Part shown: positions 24,449-36,965 of the stretch, piece by piece
How positions within the stretch are numbered: the stretch's first letter is position 1
Layout: every line of letters begins with the position of its first letter
Source: Lama guanicoe
Lineage: Eukaryota
Direction: 5' to 3'
Assembly (NCBI GenBank): GCA_013239625.1
Contig: MU054187.1
Location: 14,294,974 to 14,354,973, forward strand
Length of the DNA: 60,000 nucleotides
Made by a program: the position numbers and the translations under genes
Notes under the pieces: generated by a model
Databases searched by the model: none
What the model was told of the DNA's origin: nothing
What the model saw: only the letters and a program-made list of their open reading frames with translations

Positions 24449-24497
<49 letters not shown>

Positions 24498-24845
24498 TTA
24501 TTTCAGGAATTGGTTCACATGGTTAGGAGACTGAGAAACCCCACAATCTGGTGTCTGAAAGCTGGAAATCCAGCAAAGCCAGTGGCATAATTCAGTCCAA
24601 GTCCAAAGGCCTGAGAACCAGCAGCTCCAATGTCCAAGGGCAGCAATTTGCTCTTCCTTCCCCTTTTTGTGGATTGGATGGTGACCACCCACATTGGTGA
24701 GGGTAATCTCTTTACACAGTCTACTGAATCAAATGTAGAATATCTTCCAGGAACACCCTCACAGAAACATCCAGAAATAACATTGTCCCAGCTATCTGGG
24801 CATCCCTTAGCCCCATCAAGTTGACACATAAAATTAACCTTCACA
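24405..24845 (-). mobile_element. ERVL solo LTR (MLT2-like)
   Basis: tgtatcagtcagggttctccacagaaacagaaccaatagga...caagttgacacataaaattaaccttcaca; 5-bp TSD gtatt / gtgtt. Confidence 0.9.
24449..24496. repeat. (TAGA)12 tetranucleotide microsatellite
   Basis: Perfect TAGA run inside MLT2. Confidence 0.95.
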
Positions 24846-25249
24846 GTGTTCTTTACCTAGAATGGGGAACTATTCTGGAAAATAATTTTTCTTCCAGATA
24901 CCACAGGAGGGTTCACACATATCAAAGGCTCAAATACACTTGCTCATCCCCCTAAATCAACATATTGGCCACTTTCACTATTGTTTCTTTTATCGCGATT
25001 AAAAAAAAATCGTAGTGTATTCACACTTCACAGGAGACTATGTCTTTCAAGTAAAAGATTGTGTTGGTTTCAGCTCTGACACTGTCTTCTCTAAGAAGAC
25101 ACAGAACTTAGAACACAGAAACTTATTTTTGACTGGATCTGTAGATTTTCTCCATCCAATTCCACTGGCCACTGTTAATAATTAAAAGGGAGAGACTCTT
25201 TAGGTTTAGTTATTAATGAGCTAACATATAAGATTTATTACATTCCAGA

Positions 25250-25387
25250 GGGTAAGGTAAAGCTCAGTGGTAGAGTGCATGCATAGCGTACACGAGGTCC
25301 TGGGCTCAAACCGTAGTACCTCCATTTAAATAAATAAATAAATAAATAAACTTAATTACCTACCCCCCCACACCAAAAAAAAAGAAA
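25250..25387 (+). mobile_element. Camelid tRNA-derived SINE
   Basis: agctcagtggtagagtgcatgcatagcgtacacgaggtcctgggctcaaacc...(taaa)n cttaattacctacccccc, A tail. Confidence 0.85.
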
Positions 25388-25389
25388 GT

Positions 25390-25560
25390 CTTGACTTACT
25401 GTAGAGCACAGGAAATTATACTCAATTTCTTGTAGTAACATATAATGAAAAAGAATTTGAAAAGAAAATATGTATGTATGTGTATGTATAAATGAATTGT
25501 TCTGCTGTACACCTGAAACTAACATGTAAATCAACTACACTTCAATAAAAATTTTTTAAA
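25390..25560 (+). mobile_element. Artiodactyl-type L1 3' end
   Basis: ttactgtagagcacaggaaattatactcaat...tgctgtacacctgaaactaaca...tcaactacacttcaataaaa. Confidence 0.8.
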
Positions 25561-25569
25561 ATTTTTTTA

Positions 25570-25940
25570 AAAAGAAGGAAATCCTGACACACACCACAGC
25601 ATGGATAACCTTGAGGAGATCATGCTAAGTAAAATAAGCCACTCACAAAAGGACAGTATTGTATGATTCCACAAATATTTTAATATTCTTAGAGTAGTTA
25701 AATTCATAGAGACACAAAGTAGAATGGGGGTTTCCAGGTCCTGGGGAGAGAGGTGAACGAGGAGTTCGGGTTTAATAGGTACAGAGCGTCAGTTGGAAAA
25801 GACAGAAAAGTCTTGGAGATGGATGGTGGCGACGGTTGCACAACAGTGTGGCTATTCTTAATGACAGAACTATATAGCTAAGATGGTTAAAATGGTAAAT
25901 TTTATGTTATATATATTTTACCACATTTTTTAAAGTGAAA
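25570..25940 (+). mobile_element. L1MB-like 3' end
   Basis: aaggaaatcctgacacac...catgctaagtaaaataagccactcacaaaaggaca...gatggttaaaatggtaaattttatgttatatatattttaccaca. Confidence 0.85.
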
Positions 25941-25944
25941 AAAA

Positions 25945-27340
25945 CCTCCAATAGTAGGAAGACAACCAAATTTTAAAATGGTCAAAACATTTACGTACAT
26001 AATCACAGAAGAGAGATGACTAATCAGAACAGGAAGAGATGCTGAATTTGATCAGCCTTGTGGAAATGCAAATTAAAACCACAATGAGATACCAGCACAC
26101 ACCTACTATAATGGCTATAATTCAAAAGATTACCAATGCCAAGTGTTGTGAAGAAAATGGAATTTTTGCACATTGTTGGTGGACATATAGAATTGTACAA
26201 AGTTTGGGAAATTATTTGACAATTTTAAGAAATTTAAACATATATTTACTATATAATCCAGCAATGTCACTAGCAGGTATCTACCCAAGAAAAATGTGTC
26301 CACACAAACTTGTATAAGCAGCATTATCCATAATGGTCCCAAACTAGAAACAATCTAGATGTTCATAAACGGGTGAACAGGTAAACAATATGTGGTGTAT
26401 CCACATAATAGAATAATAGTTCATAATAAAAACAAATGGACTATTGATACATGGAATGTGAAGCTGAAAGATCCAGCTACCAATACCATGCAAAGATTCC
26501 CACTTCGCAGGGGTTAGCAAAGAACGTAGCACCATCAACCACCGGAAGTGGGAGCCCACAGACCTTGGCCCACCGCATCACCTATGGGTTCAGAGCCGCC
26601 AACGAGCACTCAGCACACAAGGCACTGATTGGAACAACTCTTTATTCACAGAAAGGAGAAAAGATGCAGCAAGTTCAGCATCCCTAGTGTGTGACAGTCT
26701 CCCATGGCCAGCAGGTCCCCCCATAGCTGACACAGGGCAATGGGCTGCATATGGCCCCTCATGCTGCAGGTGAAGACCCGGTTCCCCTCCCATGGTGGGT
26801 GGTAGGGTGGAGGAGTGGGCAGATACACTAGTGGGGCTGGCCAGCTGCCCAATGACGCACATGCTTAAGCAGTACAAGGAAGTTCACTAAATTCTCAGAA
26901 CAGGGAAAGATTTCTCCTAATAAGGAAGAAGAATTTGAGGCCAAGCAACAGCTAGGTACCTGGCGTCCATATAAGGAAATGTTCTAGGCGCACTGATTGG
27001 CCAGTCTCGGGGAAGGGGGACAGGCTGCCTGATGGCTCCTTCCCTAACAGCCAACAGCATGGATCAAGTTTAAAAACATCATACTAGGGAAAAGAAGCCA
27101 GACACAAAAGACTACATATTATATTTAGGTGACATTTCGAGAAAAGGCAAACCTGTGGCAATAGAAAGTAGATCAGTGGTTGTCTGGGACTAGGAGCGGG
27201 AGCAGAGTTTGGCTAAAGGAGTCATGAAGGAAATTTTAGGGGTGATGGAAATGTTCTGTGATGACTTATATACATCAAACTTACAATGGATGAATTTAAT
27301 GGTGTGTAAAATATACTTCAATAAATCTGTTAAAAAATTA
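25945..27340 (+). mobile_element. Old L1 (L1MC/ME-like) ORF2 end and 3'UTR, split by an LTR
   Basis: ORF 26039 (EMQIKTTMRYQHTPTIMAII) is the L1 ORF2p C-terminus; L1 stops at ctattgatacat (~26452) and resumes at caacagcatggat (~27052). Confidence 0.8.
26457..27049 (-). mobile_element. Solo LTR (probably ERVL class) inserted in L1
   Basis: GC-richer 593-bp insert with TG...CA ends that splits a continuous L1 sequence; minus-strand AATAAA (tttatt at 26641). Confidence 0.65.
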
Positions 27341-27344
27341 AAGA

Positions 27345-27915
27345 AAGTAAAGAGACATAGCAACCAAATACCAAAGAGCAATTCTTGCTTAGATTCTGGA
27401 TCCAAAACAAAAACTATAAAAGAAAATTTGGGGACACTTGTGGAAGTTTGAATATAGGCTATATATTTGGTAACATTACAGAACTGGTCGTTTTTGTAGG
27501 TGTGATAGCAGTACATGGTTTTATAGGAGGACGTCTGTCTTAAGAGATGCCTGCCGAAGTATTTAGGGATGAAATCTTCTGGTTCTACAACTTATTTTCA
27601 AATGGCTCAGGAAAAAAAAATAGATAGAGGTAAAATAAATGTAGCAAAATGTTGATGCGAGTATAGATGAAGGTAAATGATGTTTGTTGTACTAATATTC
27701 AAGTTTTTCTTGTATGTATATTTTTTATTGAAGTATAGTCAGTTTACAATGTTGTGTCAATTTCTCCTTTACAGCACAGTTCTTCAGTCATACATGAACA
27801 TACATGTTTGTTTTCATATTCTTTTTCACTATAAGTTCCTACAAGATACTGAACGTAATTCCCTGTGCTATACAAGGTTTTTTTTACATTGGAAATTTTT
27901 CCAAATAAAATCTGG
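27345..27915 (+). mobile_element. L1ME/L1MC-like 3'UTR fragment
   Basis: agagacatagcaaccaaat...ttaagagatgcctgccgaagtatttagggatgaaat...caacttattttcaaatggctcag. Confidence 0.7.
27718..27878 (-). mobile_element. Artiodactyl-type L1 3' end
   Basis: ttttttattgaagtatagtcagtttacaatgttgtgtcaatttct...ttccctgtgctataca. Confidence 0.8.
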
Positions 27916-27939
27916 GAAAGAGCAAGAAATCCATGCCTT

Positions 27940-28660
27940 GTCACTATAATAAAACTGTGGAACTCTAAAGACACATAGGAGATCTTAAAAGCAGCCAGAG
28001 GAAAAAACAGATTGTCTGCAAAGGAATAGCATTAGATAAGAGCAACAATAGAAATCAAAATGCAGTGGACTGTCTTCAAAGGTTTGAGAGAAAATAACTT
28101 CAAACCTACAGGTGAGTACCCAGCAAAGCTATCTTTTAAGAATGAGGACAAAATTAAGATGTTTACTGAGAGCCTGTTGCACAGAACCTTTCATAAGAAA
28201 CATCTAAATCTAAAGGATTATACTCAGCAAGAAGCAAAGTTAAACTGTAAGGAGTTTGAGATAGAAGGAATGTCGAGAAAATAAAATGGAAAACATATGT
28301 GTAAAAAATAATAGTAATGACAGTTATAAAGATGTCTGATTTGCTAAGTTTAAAAAAAAGGACAGAACTAAAATATCAGACTACAAGAGTATATAAATTA
28401 GGAGGGGGTGATCAGAGGGAAAACGTTCTAAGATGCTGGTATTAATTTAGGAGGGAAATTAATAGAGTTTAACATTAGACTTTGTTAAGATAAATGTGCA
28501 AAGTAATATTCCAATAAAAGAACAGCAAAGGAATATATAAATTCCAAACTAGGGCCCCCAGTGGAGAAAGAATATTACACATATGCATTATTGGCAATGT
28601 CCTAGTTCTTTGGCTGGGTAATGGGTTCATAGCTTTTCATTATATTATATTTATATTGTA
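27940..28660 (+). mobile_element. L1 ORF1 C-terminal relic, HAL1-like
   Basis: ORF 28060-28284 QWTVFKGLRENNFKPTGEYPAKLSFKNEDKIKMF resembles the L1 ORF1p CTD (YPAKLSF); no ORF2 follows. Confidence 0.7.
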
Positions 28661-29192
28661 AATATATGTTATTATATTATTATACATAATATAATGTGTA
28701 TATAATAAACATTTTAAGACAAATTTTTTAAAGAAAGAAAAAATTGCATTATATAATTTGTCACTCCTAGAGGGACTGCCCTCTTGCTCTGTTGAGCTGT
28801 ATTTCATTCCTTAGAAATCGTAGGGTTAAGTGTGTGTGGCTCCTGATTCCTGTAATTATTCTGTGGGTTTGAAATTGAGTGTGTTTTTACCAGTCCAAGA
28901 GCCCGCCCTCTGGCACCTCTGATGGCTCTTTCTTGCTATTCATCTCATTCAGTTGTTATTTTTTCCTGTCTGTATTCAGTGGCTTTATAATGTTCCAAAA
29001 TTTTCCATGAGGATAATTTCCAGAAGAATGAGCTACTGAGTCTGGATAGCAAGCTAACTGGCTCACTCTGCCCCTGCAGGACCAATGGGGAACAGCCTTG
29101 GCTGGCCTGGCCACTTAGATGACCTACCCAGGCCTTGGGATCCCACCAACCACACTTCTCAAAGCCTCCATTAAGAAGGAGAAGCCAGAAAA

Positions 29193-29275
29193 GACATCTC
29201 CATCCCCATCCTCATCCACATCCCGATCTTCATCCCTAAACCCACCCCCATCCCCATCTCCATCTCCATATCCTC
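29193..29275. repeat. Degenerate (CCATCY)n hexamer repeat
   Basis: catctccatccccatcctcatccacatcccgatcttcatcc...ccatccccatctccatctccat. Confidence 0.75.
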
Positions 29276-29444
29276 TAACTAGGTCTCAGCCCTTACCACT
29301 ATCCAGCCTGGAGCAACCAGACGGTAGGGCCTCCTGGGCTCCACGAACAATGCCTACGAATGGACAAGGGGTAGGTACTCAGTGGAGGCCTGGCCCAGGC
29401 CAGTGTCCTAAGTTGAACCTTACTCCAGAGCAGGACCCCAGTCC

Positions 29445-29634
29445 CATGCCCAAATCTATCCCTCTACCTATGTTTGTAAGTAAAGTTTTATAGCACACAG
29501 CCACTCATTCATTTACATACTGTCTATGGCTGCATTCACACCTCAGTGGCCCAGCTGAGTAGATTGACAGAGACGGTGTGGCCCACAGAGCTATTTACAA
29601 TCTGGCCTTTTACAGAACAAGTTTGCTGACCCTC
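29445..29634 (+). mobile_element. hAT-Charlie MITE (MER58A-like)
   Basis: tttgtaagtaaagttttatagcacacagccactcattcatttacatactgtctatggctgc...tatttacaatctggccttttacagaacaagtttgctgaccc. Confidence 0.85.
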
Positions 29635-29944
29635 TGCCTCATTTCCCAGTGTCCAGGACTCTGTCTGCCTCCTAAAGGGGAGCCCCAGTATCAGACCTGG
29701 CAGCTGATGAGAGCAGCGTGATGGACAGAGGCCATGGTACACACCCACCTCTGTTCTGCCCTCAGAAGACGGATTTGGGTCTCTAGTCTGCCACTGATGA
29801 GCAAAACACAGAACTTCTTTCTGCCTCCACTGGTCTATCTGGCAGATGGAAAAGGCAGTATCTGCCCAATTTACCTTTCCAGGTGAGGAACAGGTTAAAT
29901 ACTGTGTCTGAGCATGTCAGACTGAAGAGCAGACCCTAGAGGAG

Positions 29945-30128
29945 CAATTCTTAAACCTCAGCCCCCGAAACACCCAGAGGGCTCATTAAAACACAGCTTG
30001 CTAGGGCACACCTTACAGAACTTTGGATTCAGCATGTCTGGTGGGGGACCCGAGAAAACTGCATTTCTTACAAGTTTCTGGGCTGTGCTATTCCTGCTGG
30101 TCCAGAGGCCACGTTTTGGGAACCTCTG
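29945..30128 (-). mobile_element. MER5A-like MITE
   Basis: ggattcagcatgtctggtggggacccgagaaaactgcatttcttacaagtttc...ctgctggtcca. Confidence 0.7.
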
Positions 30129-30141
30129 CCTTGGATTAGTA

Positions 30142-30316
30142 AGTGGTTCTTCTCCACACCTGCACTTTAGAGTCACCAGGAAGCTTTAAAAATCCTGACG
30201 CATAGGACACGTCCCAGAACAACTAAGTCCGAATCTCCGGGAATGGGACCCAGACATCAGCGTTTATAAAAGCTTTCCAGGTGATGCCAATGTACAGCCA
30301 AGGTTAAGAGCACTAA
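30142..30316. mobile_element. MER5A1/MER5B-like MITE
   Basis: agtggttct...agagtcaccaggaagctttaaaaatcctgacgc...ccaggtgatgccaatgtacagccaaggttaagagcact. Confidence 0.7.
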
Positions 30317-30639
30317 CCAGGGACACTGGGAGGAATATCTGGGTCTTTTTCTTATTTGTTTGTTTACTGATGCTATGTCATTTACAACTTTTAAAAATCA
30401 GATTAAATACAGATACATTATAGACTAGAATGCAAAACCTATATGAATTTTCAAAGCCATTTTCTGTTTGCAGTGAACTACTTAATGCCTGAGGTTTCAG
30501 CCTCCTAACAAGGGGAGTTATGATATACAAGCGAGTGTCTTGCATCTTGGAAGAAGCCAAGGCTGACCTGTATCATCCTAGGCAATCTTTGTCTAAATCC
30601 CTCCCCAGGTTTGCTTCTGATGCAGCCAACTGACAGGAT

Positions 30640-31365
30640 TTCCAGGGTTACCTCCTTCTGCAGCCAGCTATGAATTTACTTCCTCCAAAATGCACCTGGA
30701 TCTATTTTTTTTCCTCCATCAGCCAAGCCACCACCACGTCTCACCTGTCCCCCTACAATGGCTTTCTGATGATACTGCATTCCTTACCAATAACTGGATT
30801 GGTTATACGAAATGGAAATCTGATTACATCTCCCTCTTGTCCCAGTTCTTCAGTGGCTACCACTGCACCCAGAATAAAATTTAAACTCTGTACTCAGTTT
30901 ACAAGTCCCGTCTGCTGCCCACCTTCCCACCCTCATCCTGCTCCCTCCTCTTCCAAACACCCGTGACACCAGGCTTCTCTCAGCTCCTGAAAGAACCCAA
31001 ACATTTCCCCCTCCAAGGCCTTCCATCCACCTCAGCAACCTTCCCCAAATCTCCTCATCCTTCAGGGCTGAGCTTAAAAATGTCTCCCCAGACAGGCGCT
31101 CCCCACCGTCCTGTCCGGGGGAGGCCATCCGGCCGCAGGCTAGGTTCTGCTGCATCTTCTCTTTCATCTAGTCCCTTGAGGGCCACCGTCATGCTTTGCA
31201 GTTATTGTTTTCTTTCTCCTCCCTTCCCTCCCCCACTCCCTTTTTTTCTGTCTCTACCTCCTCTAGAATCTAAGTTCCTTTAGAAAAGAGACTAAGTCTT
31301 CTGTTCTCCACTTTGTTCTCAGGACCAAACAGACCAGGTAGGTGCTCAGTAAATATTTACTACAT
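30640..31365 (-). mobile_element. L2 LINE 3' fragment
   Basis: aaatggaaatctgattacatctccc...ctagaatctaagttcctt...gtaggtgctcagtaaatattt. Confidence 0.75.
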
Positions 31366-31484
31366 TAAGGTTAGTTTAATGTTACTATCAGCCAACCTTG
31401 ACTTCTCTCTCTCGTCCGCACAAGTGACATGATATGCCATGAAGTGAGCTGGGCGACAGGAGTGAAGGAGGACCAGGCCTCTGA

Positions 31485-31737
31485 GGGGCCAGCTGCCCCT
31501 CATTCCTGCCAGTTGTCACCACGTAGGCCCTTGGTTGATGGATTGTCCAACATTTCAAGAGATGCAGACAATTCAGATCATCTGTGATTTAAAAACCCTG
31601 GCAACTAAACTAAACTTCTTAAAAAAAAAAAAAAAGCAAAGGAAAAAGAATACCCAACCCTCTGGGAGGCCAAACAAAACACATAACACATCTGTGGGCT
31701 GGGTCCAGCCGGAGGGCTGCCAGTTTGCAACCTCTGC
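31485..31737 (-). mobile_element. hAT-Charlie MITE (MER102-like)
   Basis: ggccaaacaaaacacat...ctgtgggctgggtccagccggagggctgccagtttgcaacctctg terminus; internal ctggcaactaa. Confidence 0.7.
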
Positions 31738-33259
31738 TGAAATCCAGATGGACAAAATCCATGGCTCTGCTCTGATCTACCAGCCCAGTCACCCTATCAA
31801 AGGGAGGAATGAGGTTAGATGTGGTTTGGATTATCAGTGTTTCCTAAGAAAAGATAGTCCTTTGAACCATGAATTTGACTGCAGATTTCAAGGGCTGTAG
31901 GCCCAGCAATGGGGTGAGCCCAGCCAGCCTGCCACTCACTACACATTTCTCAGACCCAGGATGTGCCAGAGAGGGTGCAGCCCTTTGGGCAGTGGCTGGA
32001 GCTCAAAGCCTTGAGCTGCGCTGCTCCCAGCCTGTTCCTTCCTCACTCTGCCCTCCCCGCTGCCTCCCTGAAGCTCCAGCCTCTCTGCTCACTCCTGCCC
32101 CACTCATCACCCCTTCCTCGCTCCCTAGAAACCCACTGGCCCCCAACCCCACCTTCTCCTCAAAGCCTTGTCAGAGGAGATGTCCATCCTTCCAAGCTCC
32201 TCCTCCCTGGTAGTGGCAGCTCTGGAGGTGATGCCGTGGTTTGGGTGGTGGCGGCTCAGGCTGTTTTGTTAGGCTTTATTCTACTGTGTTTTTTCATCCC
32301 ATATCTGTCCCTCCCTCCCTCTCTCCATCGATCAAAACATTTTCTTTCCTGATGCATTTCAAAGTCAAATGGACACATCGGTTTACTTCAGAATAAAGTC
32401 ACTGTGAGCATTCTTGCACAGATGTTTTGGTGTTCACCTCTCTCAAGTAAATCCTTGGAGGTGGAACTGCTGGCTCACAGAGCAGATGCGTGTCACCCGG
32501 TTTTGATTGGGGTTTCTCTTTGATCCAGTGATATCAGCAGTCACGTCTGAGTTTCTCCTATGGGCCAGACATGGCTGGACATGTCTATCAAGGGAAAGAC
32601 AGATCTGGTCTTCAGAGAGCATGCAGTTCTGTGAGGGGGACAGGCACGCACATGCGGCCACTTAAATGACAACATGTGGAACATGGGGCTCACCATCTGC
32701 TACGGAGAGGATGAAGGAGGCAGCCCAGTGGTGCCATGTGTTTGGGCAGGCAGGGGCTGGAGAATCCGGGAGGGCTTCATGTAGGAGGCAGACCTGAGCT
32801 GCACCTGGAGAGGACGGTGAGGAGGAAAGGGGGAGGAGTGGACATGTTAGACAGGAGGAGGTGAGAAAAACATGCGGACAGGACAGAGCCAGGCATGTTC
32901 AGAAGACAAATGACCCAGCCTAGAAGGGCCTGGAGAGGCTGCCGAACATTTGGGGTTCAGATCATTGACTGCCAGGCTCCAGAATTTCAGGTCTTGGAAA
33001 GTTCTCCTTTCTCTTCTGGGGCTCAGTGAGTTGGGTTACAGTAATTTTAGATCCCCCCCAAAAAACTCTCAAAATCCAGACACAACTGTGGAACTTTCAA
33101 GTTCTTAGTATTTCCAGAAAATTGAGTATGGCCTTCCAATACTGCCCTAGCGATGTTCCAGTTTTACTTTTTGGTTTTTCAGGCAGGTGCATAAACTTCA
33201 CAAAAACTGCATGGAGCAGGACATCTCTAGTCTTAGGATCAAGTGGTCACTGTCATTGC

Positions 33260-33351
33260 TTTTTTATTTTTTTTTTAATGGAGGTACTGGGATTGGACCT
33301 GGCACCTCATGCATGCTATGTATGCACTCCACCACTGAGCTATACCCACTC
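33260..33351 (-). mobile_element. Short-form camelid tRNA-derived SINE
   Basis: tRNA-like head directly followed by poly(A); TSD cactgtcattgc (33248-33259) / cactgtcactgc (33352-33363). Confidence 0.85.
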
Positions 33352-34121
33352 CACTGTCACTGCCTCTTAAACGCCCCTATTTGTGACTTTGGGTGCCCTG
33401 CTCTCTGCCCTGTGCTGCTGGCGGTTCTGAAGGTGGGGAAGCAGCGGCAGGACCAAGGTAGTTAAAAGAGAACACGTGGGATGCTCGCGTTCCAGCCTCC
33501 GCGGCCCAACCCACGAACAAGATGTTTCGAATGGGCTGGTGGGGCTCGGGGCTTCCCCGTGACGAGGGGCTGGGTTTCCTGCGTTCTGTACTCTTTCCTG
33601 GTAGGACACACCATCTCCTGACAAAAACGAATGTCCCCGTTCCTTAGAATCTGTGTACCTTTTCAGACTTAGGGCCCTACCCTCGACGATGCTTTGGTCT
33701 CTGACTCAGAGTCCTGTGAAGATGCTCAGATGGCCTCAGGCAGGGGAAAATCTGTTGACCAGCTCTTGTGGTTCTTACAACACACTTGGCCGCCAGGGCT
33801 CCAACCTGGCCTCCGTGTGAGTACGGACAAGGCGGTCCTGGGGAGATGCACCCCTGAGGGGCGATGGAGAGCCTTGGTGGGAATGACCCAGGCTCTTTGC
33901 ACATGATTTCTTTTTCTTTGGCATTAGGAGATGTAAGTTGCTGAAAGGGCTCAGAACCCAGGGCTACAAATCTCAGATCTCGACATGCAGGGTAGTGGAG
34001 AGAGCAATGGCCTACAGGCCCTGGGACTAGTGGGCGGCCCACGACTAGATGGCAGCTGGTGTGGAGTTGCAGAAACCCTCCCGATTTCCCCTCCCTGCTC
34101 CTAGGGGATGAATGCTGAACG

Positions 34122-34211
34122 CAGGGGACTCAGTGTCCTGGTTTGCTTGATGTGTCTGGTTTTAGTGCTAAAAGTCCCATATCCCAGGAGACTCCTGTCC
34201 TGGCAACCCTC
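34122..34211. mobile_element. hAT-Blackjack MITE (MER81-like)
   Basis: tgtcctggtttgc...tggttttagtgctaaaagtcccatatcccaggagac...ggcaaccct. Confidence 0.65.
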
Positions 34212-36489
34212 TTTGATGAGGCACCGTATAAATGGCAGCAGTCCCACAGAGCACTTTTCTCTGAATGGAGTTTGGGTTTCTCTGCAGTGCTGGTTAAAGG
34301 AAGTCTCAGCGGTGTGTGGATCGCTTTCAGAACAAAGCCACCTCACTGCCCAACATGGGAGCCAAGTGAAGCACAGCAAATGGTCCTTTCCCAGCCAGGC
34401 TGTTGGTAAGCACAGGAGAAGGGGTCCTGAAGGCCCTGTAGACATGGCTGCTGAATGTGGAGGAGTCAGGGCTATGGGTTCAGCTATAAGGACGGTTTCT
34501 GGATCAATCTCCACCATCTTTGATGAGGCAACAGATCTTAAATGGCTGTTTTATTTGCAAATTTCAGGAGAGAGCAAATGATATACACGCATTGAGACTG
34601 GCTCTCTGACCTGGGGGCTGGAGGTCAGGTCGTTGTCAGCCTTGTGAGGGCTTGGCTCTGGGCTGGGTTAGAATTTGTCCCCACCTCTCACCCAGAAGAA
34701 AGAGGACTCAGCTTCCTAGGGGCTTTGTTACACCTGCTAGAGTCAAAAGGAGACACTTCAGCTACACAGGTTTTACTTCTAGAAGTTAATTCTCTTGTAA
34801 GCCTGTTCCTCTCTACGAGAGTTGAAGGATCTGAGATTCTTGCCCTAAGGAAGTCATTTTTGTCCTACAAATTCTTGAAGACTGCTCCTCCAAAGGAGAT
34901 CACCAAAGGGCCATTGCTCTGTGGTTGAAGTTTGCACGATTGGTCTCTTAAGCTCCTGTCTTTCAGAGATGCTACAGAAGTGTGGGGTGCCCCATGGTTC
35001 CATGGGTGTTGGGCCAAATTGTCTGAAACAGATCTCATAGTATGAAGACACCATGTCAGACTCAGTGTGCTAGGGATCCCCTCCCATCTCCACCCTCCCC
35101 CACACCCAGCCCGGATAGCGCAACAATGCTCCCGTGACAACATCACCGATTGTCCCTGAGGTTGTGTGGCTGAGCTCAGTGCTGGCCGCTCTCAGACAAC
35201 TGTGGGCACCTGTCCTCCACCCACCACGCTAGCCAAGACATACAATATGTTCTTCATTATGGGCTACACAGGGGGTCTGAATTACAAGGAAATAATTCAA
35301 TCTAGCAGGCTGGGGTGAAATTGCCAACCAAAAGAACAATTTATGAGATCATCCAAACCTGGATGTGAAATTAATTCCATGCACGGTAACTCGCCACAGA
35401 CCACCTTGTTTAACTTTACTTTCTCCTCCTAACAGGATCTTCCTGCTATCATTTCTGTTCCAGACAATATGAAAACCATACAAACAATATGCTAGAAATT
35501 ACATCAAATCTGAAATACAGTTATAACAGCAGTGGGAGCTTTAAGCAAAGCGTGTGTCTTATAAATGAATTCATTTATGTGGACGATTCAAAGCATGCTT
35601 ATTAACAACATCACTGACGCCAACTGTCAGTCTGTAGCTCAGCTTTGGCCAGTGTAGATAAACTGGAACTTTCAGAGGCACACTTCTTTCAAGCTCAAGC
35701 CCTGGTCCACAGGACCACACTCTCCCAGTGAAGTGGCATTGACTCTGGGTTCCCAGGAGACAAAAAGGAGGAGGCTTCAGGCTCTTGCCATCCTTTCCTG
35801 ACCTGCCCTAGCAGGGTCTGGAATTATGGCCCCTGCCCTTGAGGAGCTTACAACTGAGATTTTGAGGAAAAGTTACTACAGACGAGCAGCAGTAAAGAGC
35901 CCAAGACAGTGCATGGCGGTGCCCTGGAGCACGGGGGTTCTGGCGCAGGGCTCACGGGAGGACCCGGGGCTGGGAGACTTGAATCGGCAGTGCTGAGTAA
36001 AGCCACAAACACACAGCTATTGTGATCAAGTGTCATATCACGTAACTAAAATTAGCCTTCAAGACAAGAAAGAATGGGAACTTAGCCATCTGGGCCCACC
36101 TAGTCTTGGCATCTGGCCCTCTCCTAGGGAGACTCTCTAGAAGAAAAAAAAAAAAAGAGTCCTATGTTCAACTGCTCATGTGAAAATAGCCCCAGCCCCA
36201 AGTGGCTCTGCTCACTCATTTGGACAAAGCCCCCTCTTCTCCAGTTGGAATTTCCCAGGTGTTTTGTGCTTCGACCCCATGCCTGAGATACTCACTCACT
36301 GTGTGTGACTGTAACAAGGAGACCGAGGGAGCGAGAGAGAACTCCAACCCTGTTCTGCTACTTACAGGGAATTATGGAAAGACTCCATGCAGAAGAGATG
36401 GGTGCGAAAGGGTAATTTAAGGTTTGCTTTTGCCAGTTTACTCCAGCATCTGGGTTCAAATCTATGGAAAATAGGAATGAAGACTGTCC

Positions 36490-36965
36490 CGTTACCTACT
36501 GCTGCAAACAAACCCAGATGGAAAAGCATTATTTCTCACAATTCTGTGGGTCAACTGGACTCTTCTCCACATGATGGTGGCTGGGGTTGTGGTCATCTGA
36601 GGCTTCGCTGGGCCAGAACATCCAAGGGGGCCCACTTACCTGGCTGGAAGTTGACGCCAACTGTCAGTCTGTAGCTCAGCTAAGGCTATGGACCCAAGTC
36701 CCTACCTGTGGCTGTGGCCTCCCCAGGTGGCTTGGGCTTCTCATAGCATGGTGACTGGGTTCCAAGAGTGAGGGTCAGAAGAGAGTGTGACCCAGCAGGA
36801 AGAAATCAGGAGGCCAGACCTGAAATGTGAGGCCTGGAAATGGCACAATGGCACTTCCACCAGATTCTATGGCTTTAGTAATTACAGGGCCAGCCCAGAC
36901 TCAAGGGGATGGGAAATAAATTCAAGGAAGAGAGTGACCATTTATAGCCATCGTTAGTCCACCAC
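36490..36965 (-). mobile_element. MaLR solo LTR (MLT1G/H-like)
   Basis: attatttctcacaattctgtgggtca...ggcttgggcttctcatagcatggtgactgggttccaagag...cagggccagcccagactcaagggg. Confidence 0.82.

Noticed and set aside
29119..29493. Ser/Pro-rich 124-aa ORF
   Set aside because: The low complexity comes from the CCATCY hexamer repeat, and the ORF ends inside MER58A.
33420..33590. CpG cluster as a possible CpG island
   Set aside because: Under 200 bp, with no associated promoter motifs or exon.
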